This document shows, piece after piece, positions 59,540 through 64,000 of a stretch of DNA of 64,000 bases (positions within the stretch are counted from its first letter, which is position 1; each line of letters starts with the position of its first letter). A program made the translations under genes and the position numbers. The notes beneath the pieces were generated by a model, which did not search any database, was not told the DNA's origin, and saw only the letters and a program-made list of their open reading frames with translations. This DNA is from Candidatus Latescibacterota bacterium (GTDB lineage Bacteria > Latescibacterota > UBA2968 > UBA8231): NCBI GenBank assembly GCA_965215195.1, contig CBDCDC010000002.1, forward strand, positions 512,001 through 576,000, read 5' to 3'.

Positions 59540-60652
59540 TCACTCCAAATAGCCTAGCTTCCGCAGCCGCTGTTCCAATATCGCACGGTCCGTAGCCGGT
59601 CCCCAATCTGCATGCCCATAGCGAGACGCGGCCTTGAGCGCAGCGTATGCCGCGTGGTACTGGTGGGTGCGGCCCAAGGCCGGGCGCGGCGTTTCGCTGA
59701 AGGTGGCGACTAAGGTTTCGCGCTGAGTCACTTCGTCGTAGCTGAACTTGGCATCTGCGTCAAATAGAGACCACTGGCGACCGTATTGCGCCGCCGGGCC
59801 GGGGTCGATTTCGGCGAGGTAATACTGGGGCGTAAGCGGGGAGCGAATGTCGCGGGCAAAGCCGCGGTAGGAATGATCTAACCCCAAGAGCGACAAGAGG
59901 GTAGGGAAAATATCGACGAGGGAAATTAACCCGCGCCCGGGGGCGGGGTTATCCGCGCCGGGCAGGTGGTAGTACAGGGGGACGCGGAGCACATCGTTGC
60001 GCAAGGTGTGGCCGTGATAGGGTTCGTCGGCCCGCCAGCTCTCGCCGTGATCGCTGAGGATAAACACGGCCCAGGTCTCGCGGTCCAAAGCGGCCAACAG
60101 CGGCGCGATGCGCTGCTCAAAGAGCCGCTCGATGGCGGCGCGATAATGCGCCTGCACCACCTCAATGCGCCCAGCCGCTAGCAATTGTCCCATTTCTCCA
60201 AAGGCCAAGCCGTCGGCCGCGCCGTAAGGGGCGTGAACGCTCCAATAGTGAATAAAGAGAACGGTTGGCTCGCGGCGTTGTGCCCAGCCGACGAGCTGCT
60301 CGTCTGCGGGCAAAGGGGCAAGGTGGCTGGCGTAGCTCAGGCCGGTGAAAATGTCCGGGGCCTCTGAAAATGCGCCGACCGCATAACCGGCTCGACGGCA
60401 AAGGGCAAAGAGGTCGGCAACGCCCTGCCGCATAGCGGGCGACTGCTGGCCTTCGATGCCGTGTTCAAACGGGTACAGCCCGGTAAAAAGCGAGGTGTGG
60501 ACCGGGCGAGTGGCCGAGGAAACCGAAAAGCAGTGCTGGCAGAGGTGAAAATCGCACGTCAAGTCGGAAAACCGGGGCGTGCGCACGGCCGCACTGACCC
60601 CGGGGGCAAAATCCAAGCGCAGGCTATCGACCGAAATCAACAGCAGGTTCAT
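59540..60652 (-). CDS. Sulfatase-like alkaline-phosphatase-superfamily hydrolase
   Basis: NLLLISVDSLR, SLFTGLYP..HG, H.PY, SDHGE, RVPL, DIFPT, RLRKLGY. Confidence 0.8.
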   Translation of the reverse strand: MNLLLISVDSLRLDFAPGVSAAVRTPRFSDLTCDFHLCQHCFSVSSATRPVHTSLFTGLYPFEHGIEGQQSPAMRQGVADLFALCRRAGYAVGAFSEAPDIFTGLSYASHLAPLPADEQLVGWAQRREPTVLFIHYWSVHAPYGAADGLAFGEMGQLLAAGRIEVVQAHYRAAIERLFEQRIAPLLAALDRETWAVFILSDHGESWRADEPYHGHTLRNDVLRVPLYYHLPGADNPAPGRGLISLVDIFPTLLSLLGLDHSYRGFARDIRSPLTPQYYLAEIDPGPAAQYGRQWSLFDADAKFSYDEVTQRETLVATFSETPRPALGRTHQYHAAYAALKAASRYGHADWGPATDRAILEQRLRKLGYLE

Positions 60653-60933
60653 GATTGGCGCTGGACGATCCGGCTCTTTACGGCACTGGAGGGTTTGAAG
60701 GTCGGGGTCTTGCGCTTAGGGATTGCGACGGTCGCGCCGGCTTTGGGATTGCGGCCGGTGCGCGGTGCGCGCTCCACGACCTTGAAAGTGCCAAAGCCGC
60801 GGATTTCGACGTGATCGCCCGCTTCGAGTGCTTGGGCGATGGATTCGATGAACCCTTCGATAACGGCCGCGGTATCTACTTGGGAAAGGCCAGTACTCCG
60901 GGCTAGCTGCTGGGCGATCTCGGCTTTGGTCAT
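60649..60933 (-). CDS. HU/IHF family DNA-binding protein
   Basis: MTKAEI, EIRGFGTF, RTGRNPK, PTFKPS. Confidence 0.95.
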   Translation of the reverse strand: MTKAEIAQQLARSTGLSQVDTAAVIEGFIESIAQALEAGDHVEIRGFGTFKVVERAPRTGRNPKAGATVAIPKRKTPTFKPSSAVKSRIVQRQS

Positions 60934-60961
60934 TGGCTTTCTCCGTTGCTAGCACTCGGCG

Positions 60962-62059
60962 TCAGCGCAAGAGGCCCCGCGCCGAAATGTCCCATATTTT
61001 CTCCACCCGCCCCTTGCGGATGGCGACAAAGTAATCGTGCAGGAAGGTCGTCGAATCCGAATAGCCGACGAGCAATTCGATCCGCTCGCCCAAGGCCGGC
61101 CCGGCTTGGCCCTCTACGATGTCGAAGACGCCGTGTTCAGCAGACAGGTAGCGCAAGCGCAGATCGCTGCGGCCCAGTACCTCCGGCGGCTGATGGCCGG
61201 AAGACAGCGTCTTAAAGCCGGCATCGACGACGACCCGGTCGGCCGCGCGGCTGGTGACCGCGGTGAGCACCGTTAGGGCGGGGGTGAGGGCTTCGACGTG
61301 ACAGGTGTGGCGATACATGGCGTCCATAAATACGCCGCCGCCGGCTTGGATTTCGGTGATCCCGCCGTGGAGGGCGCTGATCTCGTATGAACCCGTGCCA
61401 CCGGCGCTGACGATCTCCACTGGTATGCCGTTGTCTTTGAGTAAGTTGCGCGATTCTACTAACAAATCCAGTGCTTGGTAACAGGCCCTTTGCTTGGCCG
61501 AATGTGGCCAGCAGTCGAGTGCGTGGCCCTCGTAGCCCATCAGGCCCTTGAACGCCAGGCCCGCTTGGTCGCCAATGGCCTTGGACAAGGCCAGAACAGG
61601 AGGGCCAGGTTCCACGCCGACCCGCTTCATGCCAATGTCGATCTCCACGACCACGGGAATGCGGACGCCCTCGGCGGCGGCCGCGGCAGCCATCGGTTCG
61701 ACGACGGCGATATTATCCACTGCGGCAATGACTTCGGCTTGATGTTGCAGGCGGGCTAGAGCGGCGAATTTCGCCGGACTGACGATCTGGTTGGCCAGCA
61801 GGATGGAGGATACGCCATGCGCGACCATCCACTCGGCTTCGCTCAATTTGGCGCAGGTGATGCCACAGGCCCCGTTGGCCAGCTCAATGTGGGCTATGGC
61901 CGGGGATTTGTGCGCCTTGCTGTGGGGCCGCCATGCCTTGCCGTTGGTGCGGCAATACGCAGCCAAGTGCCGCACATTGGATTCAAAGTGTTCGAGATTG
62001 AGCAGTAGTACCGGGGTTTCTAAATCGCCAACTGCTTGGCCGGGTGCGGGTATATTCAC
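60962..62059 (-). CDS. DSD1/D-threonine aldolase-family PLP enzyme
   Basis: ETP, WRPHSKAHK, CAKLSEAE, MGYEGH, GGTG, DAGFK, SAEHG. Confidence 0.88.
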   Translation of the reverse strand: MNIPAPGQAVGDLETPVLLLNLEHFESNVRHLAAYCRTNGKAWRPHSKAHKSPAIAHIELANGACGITCAKLSEAEWMVAHGVSSILLANQIVSPAKFAALARLQHQAEVIAAVDNIAVVEPMAAAAAAEGVRIPVVVEIDIGMKRVGVEPGPPVLALSKAIGDQAGLAFKGLMGYEGHALDCWPHSAKQRACYQALDLLVESRNLLKDNGIPVEIVSAGGTGSYEISALHGGITEIQAGGGVFMDAMYRHTCHVEALTPALTVLTAVTSRAADRVVVDAGFKTLSSGHQPPEVLGRSDLRLRYLSAEHGVFDIVEGQAGPALGERIELLVGYSDSTTFLHDYFVAIRKGRVEKIWDISARGLLR

Positions 62060-63000
62060 GGCTTAGACAACCTCCAGTTGCCGGGATTGAGCAGGGTTGA
62101 ATCCGCGACCGCGATTGCGCGCACGGCTGCTACTAGATCGGGCAGCAGGGGGCCGGCCTCGACTGCGCGGATATTGGCTTCGAGTTCGGAGACGCTCGTG
62201 GTGCCGAAAATAGTTGAATGAGCACCGGGAGCAAAGGCGGCAAAGCGCAAAGCCAGTTCGGCCAGCTCCATGCCGGCGTCTCGTGCCAGCCGCAGCAGGG
62301 GAGCGGCTAAAGGGGACAGAGCGGCCAACGAGGCCGGGAGCGAGTCGAGCCGATGCGAGAGGACGCCTTGGAGGAAAACGGAGCGCAGGACGACGCCCAT
62401 GCCCTGTGCTCGGGCGCGGGGGAACACCTTGCGTTCCATCTGGCGGTCGAGTGCGCTATAAGGTATTTGCAGTGCGGAAATCAGCTCGGGATGATTTAAG
62501 GCGTTGAGCGGGGCCTCTTCGCCGTATGTCGTAACGCCCCAATAGCGCACCCAGCCGCGTTGGCAGTAGTGCGCTAGCAGGTCCAGCAGTTCTGGGGTTG
62601 CAAAGCGCGCGTTGAGGCTGTGCAACTGCACGAGGTCGAGCCCATCAACGCCGAGCGTCTGCAAGCTCTGGTGCAGCGCCTGCTCGACGGACTGGCGCAG
62701 TGCCTGCCCGGTCAACAGCCGTGTGCTGCTGGGATCCCGGATGGAGAGCTTGGTGGCAATCACCGGCCGACGCGTCCGCCCGGCACACGCGCGGCCCACG
62801 AGGCTTTCGCTGCGGCCGTACGCTGCGGCCGTGTCGATGTAGTTGACGCCGAGGTCCAAGGCGCGGCGGATCAAGCCAATCGCGCGGTGATCCGGTGGCG
62901 GCGGCTGTTGGTCCCAGCCATAGGCCATGCCCAATTGCACGGTGCCGAGGCCCAAGGCCGACAGGCGCAAGTTCGTGCGGCCTAGGTTTGCGTATTGCAA
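62056..63000 (-). CDS. Aldo/keto reductase
   Basis: LGLGTVQLG, IDTAAAYG.SE, IATK, QLH, RSVFLQG. Confidence 0.9.
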   Translation of the reverse strand: MQYANLGRTNLRLSALGLGTVQLGMAYGWDQQPPPPDHRAIGLIRRALDLGVNYIDTAAAYGRSESLVGRACAGRTRRPVIATKLSIRDPSSTRLLTGQALRQSVEQALHQSLQTLGVDGLDLVQLHSLNARFATPELLDLLAHYCQRGWVRYWGVTTYGEEAPLNALNHPELISALQIPYSALDRQMERKVFPRARAQGMGVVLRSVFLQGVLSHRLDSLPASLAALSPLAAPLLRLARDAGMELAELALRFAAFAPGAHSTIFGTTSVSELEANIRAVEAGPLLPDLVAAVRAIAVADSTLLNPGNWRLSKP

Positions 63001-63911
63001 GGGGTTGCTCCGGTGGCGCGAAGGGTGGCGGCCTTGACGCTCCCGCCGCAGGCGTCAAGGAGGTGCTGCGCTCGGGTGCGATTGAGTTGGCATAGCTCCA
63101 TGACCAGCGCCAGCTTCAAGCCGCCTTCGGCCGCTTGCAGCCGGGCGGCGGCCACTTGCGGCGCGGCCCCGGTCAGGGCCGCAAAGATGCGCTCGGCGCG
63201 GTCGCGCAGCTTGGCATTGGTGGGTTGCAGGTCGACCATGAGGTTGCCGTATGTCTTGCCCAATTTCACCATGGTGCCGGTGCTGATCATGTTGAGCACC
63301 AGCTTGGTCGCTGTTCCGGCCTTCATCCGCGTCGATCCGGTGATGACTTCCGGGCCGACCTCGGGGACGATCTTGATTGAGGCTGCAACGGACTCGGCGG
63401 CCGTGGGGCTACACGTAAAAAAGATCGTCGGACAACCTCGCTCGGCGGCGTACTCCATGCCGCTGATAACGAAAGGGGTTACGCCGCTGGCGGCAATGCC
63501 CATGACCACGTCGGCCGGCCCCAAGCCGCGCCGGGCCAATTCGCTGGGCGCAACCGTGCGGTCGTCCTCTGCGCCTTCTACGGCTTGGCATAGAGCCGCT
63601 GGCCCACCGGCGATCAGGCCCTGCACCAACTGGGGGTTGGTGCCAAAGGTGGGGGGACATTCAGCCGCATCCAGTACGCCGAGCCGACCGCTGGTGCCCG
63701 CGCCGAGGTAGAACAGGCGGCCTCCGCGGCCGAGCTGGCTGGCCACCAAGTCAACCGCCTCGGCGATGGCCCCCAATTGCGCGGCGACCGCGGCCGGCAC
63801 GAGGGCGTCTTCTCGATTGATCATCGCCAGCATCTCTAGGGTCGAGACCTCGTCGATGTGTTCCGTGGCTGGATTGCGCTGCTCGGTTTGCAGCTTGGAC
63901 CAGTTGCCCAT
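62982..63911 (-). CDS. murQ: N-acetylmuramic acid 6-phosphate etherase
   Basis: TEQRN, GAGTSGRLGVLDAAECPPTF, GPEVITGSTRMKAGTATK, GNLMVD. Confidence 0.96.
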   Translation of the reverse strand: MGNWSKLQTEQRNPATEHIDEVSTLEMLAMINREDALVPAAVAAQLGAIAEAVDLVASQLGRGGRLFYLGAGTSGRLGVLDAAECPPTFGTNPQLVQGLIAGGPAALCQAVEGAEDDRTVAPSELARRGLGPADVVMGIAASGVTPFVISGMEYAAERGCPTIFFTCSPTAAESVAASIKIVPEVGPEVITGSTRMKAGTATKLVLNMISTGTMVKLGKTYGNLMVDLQPTNAKLRDRAERIFAALTGAAPQVAAARLQAAEGGLKLALVMELCQLNRTRAQHLLDACGGSVKAATLRATGATPCNTQT

Positions 63912-64000
63912 ATTGAATCGCCTAGCATCGGTGAAATGAGTTAGACACAAGATAGACAGCCGAGTGCGCCGAGCAAAATTGTCAGAGTAGGGGAAAGGGT

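Overview
This is a GC-rich bacterial chromosome segment. Gene content suggests an FCB-group bacterium, possibly Latescibacterota-like (inference only). 1-13.6 kb: a surface-protein locus with a 5'-truncated giant outer-membrane-type protein, three paralogous secreted proteins (discoidin-like domain, Ig-like domain and FlgD-Ig/T9SS-type-B-like C-terminal domain), a large polytopic membrane protein and a membrane/spermidine-synthase fusion. 13.8-26 kb: a complete alternative complex III (actABCDEF, G-like), SCO and caa3 (type A2) oxidase operon. 26-55.7 kb: mostly core genes (tRNA-Arg, tRNA-Leu, smpB, DnaC-like ATPase, rph, sigma-70, holA, trxA, clpX, epmA, clpP, coaE, gcvT, gcvP, gmd, TrmJ-like methyltransferase, M16 peptidase pair, hemL) plus an inserted poly-Asp lipoprotein. 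55.7-59.5 kb: a decayed accessory patch with an AAA/PD-(D/E)XK gene, an XRE regulator, a 120-bp MITE, a beta-barrel gene, a displaced copy of the neighbouring gene's 3' end and an orphaned antitoxin. 59.5-64 kb: a murQ-AKR-PLP enzyme-HU-sulfatase-like operon. I saw no CRISPR array, rRNA, integrase or transposase. All family assignments come from motif recognition by eye, not database searches.
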